Source: Candidatus Magasanikbacteria bacterium RIFOXYC2_FULL_42_28 (GTDB lineage Bacteria; Patescibacteriota; Patescibacteriia; Magasanikbacterales; GWA2-37-8). From it: a stretch of DNA of 64,000 nucleotides. Numbering within the stretch: the first letter of the stretch is position 1; each line of letters begins with the position of its first letter. Positions 10,060 to 18,980 of this stretch are shown here, piece by piece. The position numbers and the translations under genes are program-made. The stretch lies in NCBI GenBank assembly GCA_001784435.1, contig MFQZ01000003.1, forward strand, positions 3,022 through 67,021, read 5' to 3'. The notes beneath the pieces were generated by a model. The model was not told the origin of the DNA and made no database searches. It was given only the letters and a program-made list of their open reading frames with translations.

Positions 10060-10745
10060 ATTTACTGTCATCCCGATGAAAATCGGGATCTCTGTCCAAA
10101 AATATAACAAGCAAAAACATCCCGACTAAGTCGGGATGTTTTCATTTTGTCTATAACTATAAGCCGAATTTTGTCCGGCGTCGCTACGCTATGCCGGACA
10201 AGTTCCGTTCCTTTTTACAAAGATACGGGCTTGCCCGAGCGTAGTTCCGACCAAGTCGGAACGAAGCCGGGATAACCATTTATCTAGGCCGACCATTGCT
10301 GGACGACTCAAGCCCGCCTTCGCTAATGCTATGGCGGACAATGCGAACGAACTTTTCCGGGCTTCGCTGCGCTTCGCCCGGTAAACCGTGATATTAATAT
10401 CATTGGGTTTACCCTGCGTAGCGCAGCGAAGCAGGGCTGCTCTTGCGCGCGGATAAGGATTTAGCCGTTTCACCCCCGATCTTATTTCCCCCTGTAATCG
10501 GGATTAAGCCATAATTTTGATAAATCAAAATTTTAGGGTTTGGCTCTTCCGGCAATTTCTCGCCGAAACGTCTCTGCTCGCACCTCGCGGGTTGCCCCGG
10601 GTTGGCGTTACCAACTATCTTTTTTCTCCCGACTTAGTCGGGAGGAGCGTGTTCGGACTTTCCTTCCCGACTAAGTCGGGATGGTTATCCATTATAGACA
10701 CCTATATTATAACACATTTTTGATGTTTTGTCAAGATACCAACCC
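10060..10745. repeat. ~690-bp noncoding stretch made almost entirely of nested palindromic repeat elements (several families)
   Basis: Contains gtcatcccgatgaaaatcgggatctctgtc (10067-10096; an identical copy is at 41375-41404), cccgactaagtcggg palindromes at about 10121, 10628 and 10666, tgtccggcg...gccggacaag, gttccgaccaagtcggaac, and gcttcgctgcgc...gcgtagcgcagcgaagc (shared with 37764-37784). The ORFs predicted here (10189..10473, 10517..10723) are repeat-derived. Confidence 0.6.
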
Positions 10746-10760
10746 TCGATAATGACTAAT

Positions 10761-11387
10761 TTAAGCCAAATTTTCTGCCACACTATACTCTTGCAACGCC
10801 TTTTTAATTTTCTGCTCGCTTACTTCATAACCTGGCAAAAAATAAACTTTCTCGCTATAATTAATATCATTAAAATACGCTAACTGCTCTCTAAAAATTC
10901 TTCCATTAAACTCACCACCAAATATTGCTTTCCCGGCTTTGGTTATTTCTACGACTGAATGATGATCACGAATGATAAAATATAAGTCAACATAATCTTT
11001 CCATTTTGCTCGCCGCCCCAAAGCGTACGCTTTCATCGCGGCCAAAGTAAGCAAATCCGGAAAACGCAGTAACTTGTCAAAATTTTTGCTATAATCAATT
11101 TTGAATGGATATTGAAAAAAAGTCAACTGTACTTGTCCAATAAAAAAAGTAAATTGACCATCTTCGTCCTTATACACCGTTTTTATCTTTCGTCGGCTCT
11201 TAGTAATCGCTTTTCTAATTTTGGCATTATCAAATTTCTCCAAAGAAAACAAATCAAAATCAATTGACTGACGATGGCCAATTTGCAAAGCAATAGCCGT
11301 TCCTCCCACCAAACCAAATTTTTTAGTAAATTTTCCCACTAACGGCAAGAGTTGACGTTGTTCCTCTGATAAAATTTCTGGATGCAT
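10761..11387 (-). CDS. nucleotidyltransferase-family protein, AbiEii/DUF1814-like (putative toxin of a type IV TA module)
   Basis: N-terminal GG...D.D motif LVGGTAIALQIGHRQSIDFDLF, as in AbiEii-like nucleotidyltransferases. 208 aa; immediately follows a small ORF on the same strand. Confidence 0.4.
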   Translation of the reverse strand: MHPEILSEEQRQLLPLVGKFTKKFGLVGGTAIALQIGHRQSIDFDLFSLEKFDNAKIRKAITKSRRKIKTVYKDEDGQFTFFIGQVQLTFFQYPFKIDYSKNFDKLLRFPDLLTLAAMKAYALGRRAKWKDYVDLYFIIRDHHSVVEITKAGKAIFGGEFNGRIFREQLAYFNDINYSEKVYFLPGYEVSEQKIKKALQEYSVAENLA

Positions 11388-11392
11388 AATAT

Positions 11393-11677
11393 TTAGCGGT
11401 GTTTATCAAAATAAAGATTGAAGAAATTAGTTGTTTTTTCATCATAATTCGTCCGCCCCCACTTCTTTGGCTTGGAATCGGCGCGAAAAATTTTCGCGGT
11501 TTTTTCCATCCCTAAAATTTTAATCAATTTTTGCACATCATCCCAATCGCCATAATTCAAAGTGGCTTCCACAATGGACTCAGCCCCGAGGGAGTCATAA
11601 TCCTTCACATACCAAATCAGATATTTTCTTTTTTTAATAAAATCGTGAATTGTCATATAAATATTGGCTATATTCAC
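11393..11677 (-). CDS. hypothetical small protein (94 aa), possible partner/antitoxin of the downstream nucleotidyltransferase
   Basis: Sits 5 nt upstream of 10761..11387 on the same strand; no recognised motif. Confidence 0.3.
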   Translation of the reverse strand: MNIANIYMTIHDFIKKRKYLIWYVKDYDSLGAESIVEATLNYGDWDDVQKLIKILGMEKTAKIFRADSKPKKWGRTNYDEKTTNFFNLYFDKHR

Positions 11678-11986
11678 CTATATTATATCATAATTTGACG
11701 AAAAAATCAATATCATTTCCCCCTCAATCTCTACCGCTCCGCCCTCATATTCCCCCGCGTGCGCCGCTTGTCCTTCATACACCGGCGCCTTCTGATCCAA
11801 ATGTAAATTCAATTCCCAATTTGCGCCGGCGTCTTTAACATATAAATGAAATCGGGGATACAACATCCCCCGCACCGGATGGCGCGCGTAACTTTTCTCG
11901 CCCCGAAACATTTTCAAACCATAGCCACAGCGACGGACAAATTTATCAACGTCGGGGATTTTAGTTTTTAATAATGGAATTTTCAT
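11678..11986 (-). CDS. hypothetical protein (102 aa)
   Basis: ORF only; no family recognised. Confidence 0.3.
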   Translation of the reverse strand: MKIPLLKTKIPDVDKFVRRCGYGLKMFRGEKSYARHPVRGMLYPRFHLYVKDAGANWELNLHLDQKAPVYEGQAAHAGEYEGGAVEIEGEMILIFSSNYDII

Positions 11987-11995
11987 ATTTTTGTT

Positions 11996-12028
11996 GTCAT
12001 TGCGAGCCCAAAGGGGCGTGGCAATCTC
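11996..12028. repeat. palindromic repeat element of the GTCATTGCGAG...GGCAATCTC family
   Basis: gtcattgcgagcccaaaggggcgtggcaatctc. The overlapping spurious ORF translates to ...CHCEPKGAWQSL, the signature peptide of this repeat family. Confidence 0.6.
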
Positions 12029-12039
12029 TATTTCATCTA

Positions 12040-13527
12040 TTATTTTATTTTCCGCACCACTCCCTTATCCGCATCCACCTCCACCATATCGCCGTCTTTA
12101 AAAATTTTAGTGGCATTTTTAAAACTTACCACGCACGGCACACCGAACTCGCGCGCCACCACCGCCGCATGGCAAGTCAAACTCCCCACTTCGGTAACAA
12201 TCGCACCGGCATTTTTCATGGCCGGTAAATAATCCACCATTGTAACCACACTAATCATAATATCGCCCTTTTTTACTTTATAATTATCTTGCGGACCGGC
12301 AACTATTTTCGCTTGACCAACTGTTCGCCCAACGCTGGCACAAATACCTTTGCCACTATTATTTTCTCCAATGTACCCGGTAGTTTTTTCTAAATAAGCA
12401 AATAATTTTTTTGCTTCGGACGTAGTAAATATATATCTTTTTAACATCGCTTTATCATATCCATAACCACAAATTTCCCGCCGATCGCCCAATATTTTTT
12501 CGACATTTAATTCTCCTCGTAACGCTAATACCACCTCATGTTCATACAAAGTGCGCAACTGTTTAACTGATAAAAATAACCGTTTACATATTTCTTTATA
12601 CAACGGCAATACCTGGAAAGTGCAATAACTCATTAAATATTCCGCTTCATTACGCGCGTCCAATGCCAAACTAAAATCTATAAATACTTGCAACTCACGC
12701 TTGGATAAATTATACTTTTTTACAATATTAAAAATATCATTTCTACGTACACGCGTATATTTTTTTAATTCATTAAATTGGCGACTTAGTTCGTCAACAT
12801 CTCGATTTTGCAATTCTACCAACTCTTCTTCGTAATGTTTGGCGCCCCACGGCTCACCATACGCCGCCACCGGCATCCAACCAAAATTCTTGGCCAACCG
12901 CATTGCTGAAATTTTTAATTCATAACCTGATTTAATCTTAATTACCTCACCCAAAACCGCGCGCTTCTCTTTTAAAGTTGTAGAAATTTCATCTGGTTTT
13001 GTTAAAATAAATAACGCCTTAAAATATTCCGGCGAATTGTCCGCCAAACCTTTACTAATTAGAATCTCCCGCATCGGCGAATTCCAATAATCTTCCGCAA
13101 TCCAACCAATTTGATCAAATACGGTAGCGCGATGAACCCAATCCCGATTAGTTTGATACATTTTAATCAATTCCGGTGTAGATAATTTAGCCACCTGCGC
13201 TACACCAACTTTTAGCAAACTTTTCAACAGTTGCGCGCGTAAATTATAGAATTTCAATAATTTCTTTTCAATAAATTTATAATCTTTTTTAGTGCTATTT
13301 TTTATATATTTATTCAACTTTTCAAAAAACCATTCAGGAAAATACGCGTGCTGATAAACATTGTTATTTTCAGCAGTACTAACAATAAGAGTGCCTTTTC
13401 CAAAACCAAAGGTCTTCTTAAAATAGCGCGCTGACTCTGGCCCATGCCAAGCTTCAGTATCCAAAGGATATACACTCCACTTCCCCATTTTCTTCAATTT
13501 TATTTTATAATAATTTTCGTGAGGCAT
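12040..13527 (-). CDS. PEP-utilising-enzyme mobile (phosphohistidine) domain protein (PpsA/PPDK/rifampicin-phosphotransferase-like C-terminus), N-terminal domain unassigned
   Basis: C-terminal ~90 aa match the PEP-utilizers domain (IVTEVGSLTCHAAVVAREFGVPCVVSF). The preceding 400 aa are not recognisable as an ATP-grasp or TIM barrel. Confidence 0.55.
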   Translation of the reverse strand: MPHENYYKIKLKKMGKWSVYPLDTEAWHGPESARYFKKTFGFGKGTLIVSTAENNNVYQHAYFPEWFFEKLNKYIKNSTKKDYKFIEKKLLKFYNLRAQLLKSLLKVGVAQVAKLSTPELIKMYQTNRDWVHRATVFDQIGWIAEDYWNSPMREILISKGLADNSPEYFKALFILTKPDEISTTLKEKRAVLGEVIKIKSGYELKISAMRLAKNFGWMPVAAYGEPWGAKHYEEELVELQNRDVDELSRQFNELKKYTRVRRNDIFNIVKKYNLSKRELQVFIDFSLALDARNEAEYLMSYCTFQVLPLYKEICKRLFLSVKQLRTLYEHEVVLALRGELNVEKILGDRREICGYGYDKAMLKRYIFTTSEAKKLFAYLEKTTGYIGENNSGKGICASVGRTVGQAKIVAGPQDNYKVKKGDIMISVVTMVDYLPAMKNAGAIVTEVGSLTCHAAVVAREFGVPCVVSFKNATKIFKDGDMVEVDADKGVVRKIK

Positions 13528-13639
13528 ACAGACAAATTTACTATTAATCCTATCTTACCAGCAATCCCCACTTTTTTCAATCCTTTAGCATTTGACCCCC
13601 ACACCAATTTGCGGTAAAATGACAGTGCCGACCGACGAA

Positions 13640-13717
13640 TACCCCACCCTCGCCCTCCCCTTTTTATAAAGGGAGGGGAAACCGAGATTGCCGCGTTGTT
13701 TCACTCCTCGCAATGAC
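13640..13717. repeat. palindromic repeats upstream of the sugar transferase gene (ccctcccc...ggggaggg hairpin plus a GAGATTGCC...CTCGCAATGAC element)
   Basis: ccctcgccctcccctttttataaagggaggggaaaccgagattgccgcgttgtttcactcctcgcaatgac. The second part is the reverse-orientation copy of the 11996 element. Confidence 0.55.
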
Positions 13718-13728
13718 AAATAAACCCT

Positions 13729-15147
13729 ATGAAACGCTTTGAACTATTTTTCACTTTTTTACAATTACCGCTGGATTACGCCGCTTTGGTACTCGCCGGA
13801 TTCACGGCCTATACCTTGCGTTTTTCCGATTTCGCCATTTCTATTCGGCCGGTAATTTTTAATTTATCTTGGGAAAAATATTGGCCGCTCGTACTGGCTG
13901 TCTCGGCGCTTTGGGTGATGATTTTTGCGATTTCCGGATTATATAGTGCCGATCCTAACCGTAAATTCGCCGCTGAATTTTCCAAAATAATTTTGGCCTG
14001 CTCCACCGGATTTTCGGCCATCACAATTTACGTTTTTTTTACTTTACAAAAATTTGATTCCCGCTTTTTGGTTTTAGCCGGTTGGATTTTGGCGATGATT
14101 TTTGTGGTATTTGCTCGCATGCTGATGCGCGCTTTTAAAGCCGGCCTGCACTACGGCGGATTTGGCTTACGCTTGGTAGGAATTATTGGTGCCGAAGAAA
14201 TTGCCGAAACCATTGCTTCGGAACTTGATGGGCGCCGCTATTTGGGATACAAAGTCGTAGGAATTTTTCCGCATTTTAATCAAGAGACGTCCAAACGATT
14301 GCTCACCTTAAATCCGGATGAAATTTTATTCACCGACCCCAAAGCACACGAAGCCGATACTTTAAAAGCCATTGATTTTGCCAATGAACATCATTTGACT
14401 TTTAAATATTCCGCTGATCTTTTTTCTACCATTTCCACCAACATGACTGTCTCAACTTTGGCCGGCGTGCCGATAATTGAACTCAAACGCGCGCGTATCA
14501 CGAGTTGGGGTAGAATTATCAAACGCTTAATTGACATCGTTGGCGGGCTGACTTTATTGTTAATTTGCGTTCCGATATATTTAATTATCACCCTCATAAT
14601 TTTAATTGAAACCGGCCGGCCGATAATTTACAAAAATGAACGCGTGGGACAAGAAGGCAAAAAATTTAACGCCTATAAATTCCGATCACTCTATCAGAAA
14701 TTTTGCACTGGAAGGCAGTTTGGCGAAGACGGCCAAATGGCTTTACAAAAAGAACAAGAATTAATTTCCGCGCAAAGTATTAAATCCGGACCGGTTTATA
14801 AAATTCAAGACGACCCGCGCGTGACGCCTTTCGGCCGATTTATTCGTCGTTTTAGTTTGGACGAGATTCCCCAATTTTTAAATGTATTGCTTGGTAATAT
14901 GAGTTTAGTTGGTCCGCGCCCACATCAACCGCGCGAAGTGGCCAAATATGAAAAGCAACAAAAAATTGTCATGGCGGTTAAGCCGGGCATGTCCGGCCTG
15001 GCCCAAGTTTCCGGCCGCAGTAATTTAAGTTTTGAAGATGAAATAAAGTTAGATACTTTTTATTTAGAAAATTGGACGATTTTAATGGATGTGATAATTA
15101 TTTTAAAAACGCCGTTTGTGGTGATTAGACGAAAAGGGGCGTGGTAA
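13729..15147 (+). CDS. polyprenyl-phosphate sugar phosphotransferase (WbaP/bacterial sugar transferase family)
   Basis: N-terminal TM segments, then the C-terminal sugar-transferase domain with [44 protein letters not shown] and [14 protein letters not shown]. Confidence 0.85.
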   Translation: MKRFELFFTFLQLPLDYAALVLAGFTAYTLRFSDFAISIRPVIFNLSWEKYWPLVLAVSALWVMIFAISGLYSADPNRKFAAEFSKIILACSTGFSAITIYVFFTLQKFDSRFLVLAGWILAMIFVVFARMLMRAFKAGLHYGGFGLRLVGIIGAEEIAETIASELDGRRYLGYKVVGIFPHFNQETSKRLLTLNPDEILFTDPKAHEADTLKAIDFANEHHLTFKYSADLFSTISTNMTVSTLAGVPIIELKRARITSWGRIIKRLIDIVGGLTLLLICVPIYLIITLIILIETGRPIIYKNERVGQEGKKFNAYKFRSLYQKFCTGRQFGEDGQMALQKEQELISAQSIKSGPVYKIQDDPRVTPFGRFIRRFSLDEIPQFLNVLLGNMSLVGPRPHQPREVAKYEKQQKIVMAVKPGMSGLAQVSGRSNLSFEDEIKLDTFYLENWTILMDVIIILKTPFVVIRRKGAW

Positions 15148-15281
15148 TAAAAATTAAACACTAAATACTAAACCATAAATTCTAAACAAGTTCAAATGTT
15201 CAAAATACAAATTTTAAACACTTTGAATTTTAGATTTTGAAATTGTTTAGAATTTAGGACTTAGAGTTTAGAGTTTCAATT

Positions 15282-16400
15282 ATGCGCGTAGCGCTAGTAC
15301 ACGACTATCTATTCCAAGACGGCGGAGCCGAAAGAGTGCTCCGCGCCCTCCATGAAATTTGGCCCGAGGCGCCGATTTTTGTTTTGTTTCATAATAAAGA
15401 AAAAATCAGTTCATCGGCCGAAACGCGCGAATCATTTTTAGCCAAATTACCGGGCGGACGCACCGCGTTTCAATGGTATCTCCCTTGGATGCCGCTGGCC
15501 ACTGAGCGCCATGATTTATCCGGCTTTGATTTGGTAATTTCTTCGTCCAGTATTTTCGCCAAAGGCATTATCACTTCCCCGGGCACTTTGCATATTTCTT
15601 ACTGCCACACGCCGGCGCGCTTTTTGTGGGCCGATGGCCACGAATATTTATCTGATTTAAAACATTCGCCTTTTGTCAAACTGATTTTACCCGGACTAAT
15701 TCATCGTTTGCGTTTGTGGGACCAAATGAGCACGGCGCGCGTGGACCGCATCGTTGCCAATTCGCACACCGTGCGCAATCGCATTTTAAAATATTATCGA
15801 CGCGACTCGGAAGTGATTTACCCGCCAGTAAATACTAAACTTTTCAAAGCCAGCCCGCTCGTGGAAAATTATTTTGTCGCCGGTGGTCGGCTCGTCCCTT
15901 ACAAACGATTAGATCTGGCCGTCAAGACATTCAATCGCCTTAAACTGCCGTTAAAAATTTTTGGCATTGGGCCGGAATTAACATACTTACAAAAAATCGC
16001 CAAATCCAACATTGAATTTTTAGGAAAAATATCCGAAATGGATAAAGCGAGTTTACTCGCCCACGCCCAAGCGTTTATCCACCCTCAATTGGAGGACTTT
16101 GGCATCACGCCGGTCGAATCAATGGCCGCCGGCCGGCCGGTAATCGCCTATGGCCAAGGTGGAGCCACCGAGACCATCACCCACGGTGAAACCGGTGTCT
16201 TATTTCCCCGCCAAAATTGGGAATCACTTTATCAAGCCGTGCGAGATTTTGACGGCAAGGCCTGGGATAGCGAAAAGTTACACGCCCAAGCGGAAAAATT
16301 TTCTACCGAAGAATTTAAACAAAAAATCAGCCGATACGTGGCTGACTCTTATGATGAATTCAAAAAAGGTTTTAATCAGTGCGAGTTGAAATTAAAATAA
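15282..16400 (+). CDS. glycosyltransferase family 4 (GT-B, glycos_transf_1)
   Basis: MRVALVHDYLFQDGGAERV N-terminus; C-terminal E-x7-E region FIHPQLEDFGITPVESMAAGRPVIAYGQGGATETI. Confidence 0.8.
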   Translation: MRVALVHDYLFQDGGAERVLRALHEIWPEAPIFVLFHNKEKISSSAETRESFLAKLPGGRTAFQWYLPWMPLATERHDLSGFDLVISSSSIFAKGIITSPGTLHISYCHTPARFLWADGHEYLSDLKHSPFVKLILPGLIHRLRLWDQMSTARVDRIVANSHTVRNRILKYYRRDSEVIYPPVNTKLFKASPLVENYFVAGGRLVPYKRLDLAVKTFNRLKLPLKIFGIGPELTYLQKIAKSNIEFLGKISEMDKASLLAHAQAFIHPQLEDFGITPVESMAAGRPVIAYGQGGATETITHGETGVLFPRQNWESLYQAVRDFDGKAWDSEKLHAQAEKFSTEEFKQKISRYVADSYDEFKKGFNQCELKLK

Positions 16401-17681
16401 AATATCTTTCGCCCAATTGATAATGTGATCGCCCGCGTTGGGAAAAATACTAACAACGAGCAACAGTAAACTCACGAGCGACAACCGCACCACCGCTTCC
16501 CAAGTAACCAAATTATACCAAAATTTTTGAAATTTGCTCGGTTCCGGTAGCCCGAGTTTTTTTGTTTTGTTCATGAGTAACGCCACGAACACCAAAATTA
16601 CTGGGAGTAAAATCGCGTTCACCACCTGCGCCGAAACCATAATGTGAAACAACGACAAAAATGGCAACAGCACTATTACCGAAGCGATGCCAATTATTAC
16701 CGCCATCAGTCCATAAAACCACGGGGCTTCTTTCCAGGTGCGATTCATGCCATATTCAAACCCCAAGGCCTCACAAATAGTATAGCTCGTGGTTAATGGC
16801 AAAATAAACGCGCCCAAAAGTGACGCGCAAAAAAATCCAAACCCAAACAAAAACTCGGCCCAGTTGCCCAAAATTGGCCGCAAGGATAAAGCGGCGCTTT
16901 TGGCGCTATCCACCACAATGCCATTATCATACAAAACATTTTTGGTAGTAATTATTATCATCGCCGCGATCAAACAGGTAAAAAACGCGCTCAAAAATAC
17001 TTCCCATTTCTCAATTTTAAAATACTTAGGGCTGACGCCTTTGTCTACGATATAGGACTGAATAAAAAACTGCCCCCACGGCGTGACGGTCGTGCCCATA
17101 ATGCCCAAAAATGCCACAAGATAGGCACTGCCAAAAGAAAAATGCGGCACTGTCAGCGCGCGCCCAACTTCGGCCCAATCCGGTTGCGCCATCACCGCCG
17201 CGAAAACATAAACAACAAAAAATAATGATATCAATAAAAAAAATCTTTCCACTTTTTTAAATGAACCTTTGTACAAAATCCACCAAATTAAAACCGCAAA
17301 AATCGGCACGGTGATAAATTTACTGACGCCAAAAATTTCAAATGAACTCGCGATACCAGCCATTTCCGAAGCCGACACCGCGGTATTGGCGATAAATAAT
17401 GTTAAGAGCGCGAGCACGGTGGCGCGTACGCCGAAATTTTCCCGAATCAATGCCGACAGACCTTTGCCGGTATAAATTCCTAAACGCGCTCCGACGCTTT
17501 GAGTGACGAATAAAGTGATGACATTAAGCGTCAAAACCCATAACAATAGATAACCAAAACGCGAACCGGCGTAAGCGTAGGTGCTAATACCGCCGGCATC
17601 GTTATTAGCCGCGCCCGCGATGAGCCCGGGACCGACAACGCCCAGCGCAATCACAATTTTTGGCCAAAAATTTTTAAACAT
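16392..17681 (-). CDS. NRAMP-family divalent cation transporter, NRMT-like variant (metal-site substitutions typical of NRAMP-related Mg2+ transporters)
   Basis: 429 aa and polytopic. The TM1 motif is GPGLIAGAANNDAGGIS (canonical DPGN replaced by DAGG). The TM6 motif is GIMGTTVTPWGQFF (canonical MPH replaced by TPW). The gene lies 7 nt downstream of an MgtE-N/CBS protein. Confidence 0.65.
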   Translation of the reverse strand: MFKNFWPKIVIALGVVGPGLIAGAANNDAGGISTYAYAGSRFGYLLLWVLTLNVITLFVTQSVGARLGIYTGKGLSALIRENFGVRATVLALLTLFIANTAVSASEMAGIASSFEIFGVSKFITVPIFAVLIWWILYKGSFKKVERFFLLISLFFVVYVFAAVMAQPDWAEVGRALTVPHFSFGSAYLVAFLGIMGTTVTPWGQFFIQSYIVDKGVSPKYFKIEKWEVFLSAFFTCLIAAMIIITTKNVLYDNGIVVDSAKSAALSLRPILGNWAEFLFGFGFFCASLLGAFILPLTTSYTICEALGFEYGMNRTWKEAPWFYGLMAVIIGIASVIVLLPFLSLFHIMVSAQVVNAILLPVILVFVALLMNKTKKLGLPEPSKFQKFWYNLVTWEAVVRLSLVSLLLLVVSIFPNAGDHIINWAKDILF

Positions 17682-17688
17682 AAAATAC

Positions 17689-18972
17689 TTACGCTCTCGG
17701 ACGCATCGTGCGCATCACGTCGTCAATGGTAACCACCCCCAACATCTTGTGATCTTTGTCCAAAACCGCCACGCTAAACAAATTATAGCGCGTCATCATA
17801 TCACAAATATAATTAAGATTATCATCCGGGCTTAGGGTCGGCAAACGCTTCTGTTTTTTGATTACTTCGCGCAATTTTTGTTCCGGTTTTGCCAAAAGCA
17901 AACGCCGCAGCGAAATAGCGCCTCGAAATACGCCTTCGGTATTAATACCATAAATATACAAAATGGAACGAAATCGCGCGGAAAATTTACGAACTTCTTC
18001 CATTGCTTGCGCCACGGTCAAATCTAAACTAACCGGAATATAATCAACGGTCATAAGACCACCCGCCGTATCATCGTCGTGCGCCAATAACTTCTTAACT
18101 GCTTGATGGCGCTCATCTCCTAAAAACGACAAATAAACCGCGGCATCAGATTTAGAAAATGATTGAATCAAATCCACCACTTCATCGGTGGACATATTAT
18201 CTAAAATTTGGCGAATCCGCCCTGGGTCAAAACTTTTTAAAAATTTCTTTTGAGTTTCTTCATCCATTTCTTCCAACACTTTGGCGGCACTACGCGGATC
18301 TAAATAACCAACTAACTTACTACCGCGTTTTAAATGTAAGTCCTCGATAATATCGGCCATATCGGCCGGATGCAAACGATGAAAATTACTGGCCAACGCC
18401 CCGATTTTTAAAGTCCCGCGCACGGGCGAAGCATCGCGCCAATCAATCAAATTGGTTTTAAGTAAATGAAAAACATCTAACCACAAAAGTCCAAGGCGCC
18501 GAAACAATCCGCGCACACTCACATCAATCCCCACCACGCGCATTTTATCGTCCACCACCGCGAAACGCAAATCATTGGCTCGCACCACGCGCGCGCCGTT
18601 GATATCCATAATTTGTTGATCGTAAATATCGTCCACGAGCGAAAGACAACCGGTGGGACGCTCGGTAACGCGCTCTAATTTATCCCAAACCCGACGCAAT
18701 ACCACTCCGGATTTACTAATATGCTCGGTTTCTCCGTAAGGAATATAAAATAATCCTCCGCCTTTTCCGGCAATAACCAAAAATTCCAACGGAGCATATT
18801 CGCCGTCTTGTGATTTAATTAAAATATCTTTTAAGCGACCGACGACTTTTTCCGAAGCATCAGTGACATCGGATTTTAAAATACCGCTAAAATACATCAT
18901 ATTGGCGACATTAAATTTCAGCTTAATTATACCCCCAAAAAACAAAAAAATCAATATGGACAAAACTACCAA
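17689..18972 (-). CDS. MgtE N-terminal domain + CBS-pair cytoplasmic protein lacking the MgtE pore (putative Mg2+-sensing regulatory subunit)
   Basis: Contains the MgtE_N-like region (PADMADIIEDLHLKRGSKLVGYLDPRSAAKVLEEMDEETQKKFLKSF...DEVVDLIQSF) and two CBS motifs (MTVDYIPVSLDLTVAQAMEEVRK...; SVAVLDKDHKMLGVVTIDDVMR). It ends directly after the CBS pair with no TM pore domain. The N-terminus has one hydrophobic segment and a beta-rich region. Confidence 0.7.
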   Translation of the reverse strand: MVVLSILIFLFFGGIIKLKFNVANMMYFSGILKSDVTDASEKVVGRLKDILIKSQDGEYAPLEFLVIAGKGGGLFYIPYGETEHISKSGVVLRRVWDKLERVTERPTGCLSLVDDIYDQQIMDINGARVVRANDLRFAVVDDKMRVVGIDVSVRGLFRRLGLLWLDVFHLLKTNLIDWRDASPVRGTLKIGALASNFHRLHPADMADIIEDLHLKRGSKLVGYLDPRSAAKVLEEMDEETQKKFLKSFDPGRIRQILDNMSTDEVVDLIQSFSKSDAAVYLSFLGDERHQAVKKLLAHDDDTAGGLMTVDYIPVSLDLTVAQAMEEVRKFSARFRSILYIYGINTEGVFRGAISLRRLLLAKPEQKLREVIKKQKRLPTLSPDDNLNYICDMMTRYNLFSVAVLDKDHKMLGVVTIDDVMRTMRPRA

Positions 18973-18980
18973 AAAAAGAT

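Noticed and set aside
10189-10723. ORFs 10189..10473 (-) and 10517..10723 (+)
   Set aside because: They are composed entirely of palindromic repeat DNA. The translation (…RAKRSEARKSS…) is a repeat artefact with no start or SD context.
11974-12228. ORF 11974..12228 (+) beginning MEFSYFCCHCEPKGAWQSL
   Set aside because: The N-terminus is the translation of the GTCATTGCGAG repeat, and the remainder is antisense to the PEP-utilising-domain gene. The same applies to 25006..25263 (+), CHCERSAAISHCHPEL, which is antisense to miaA.
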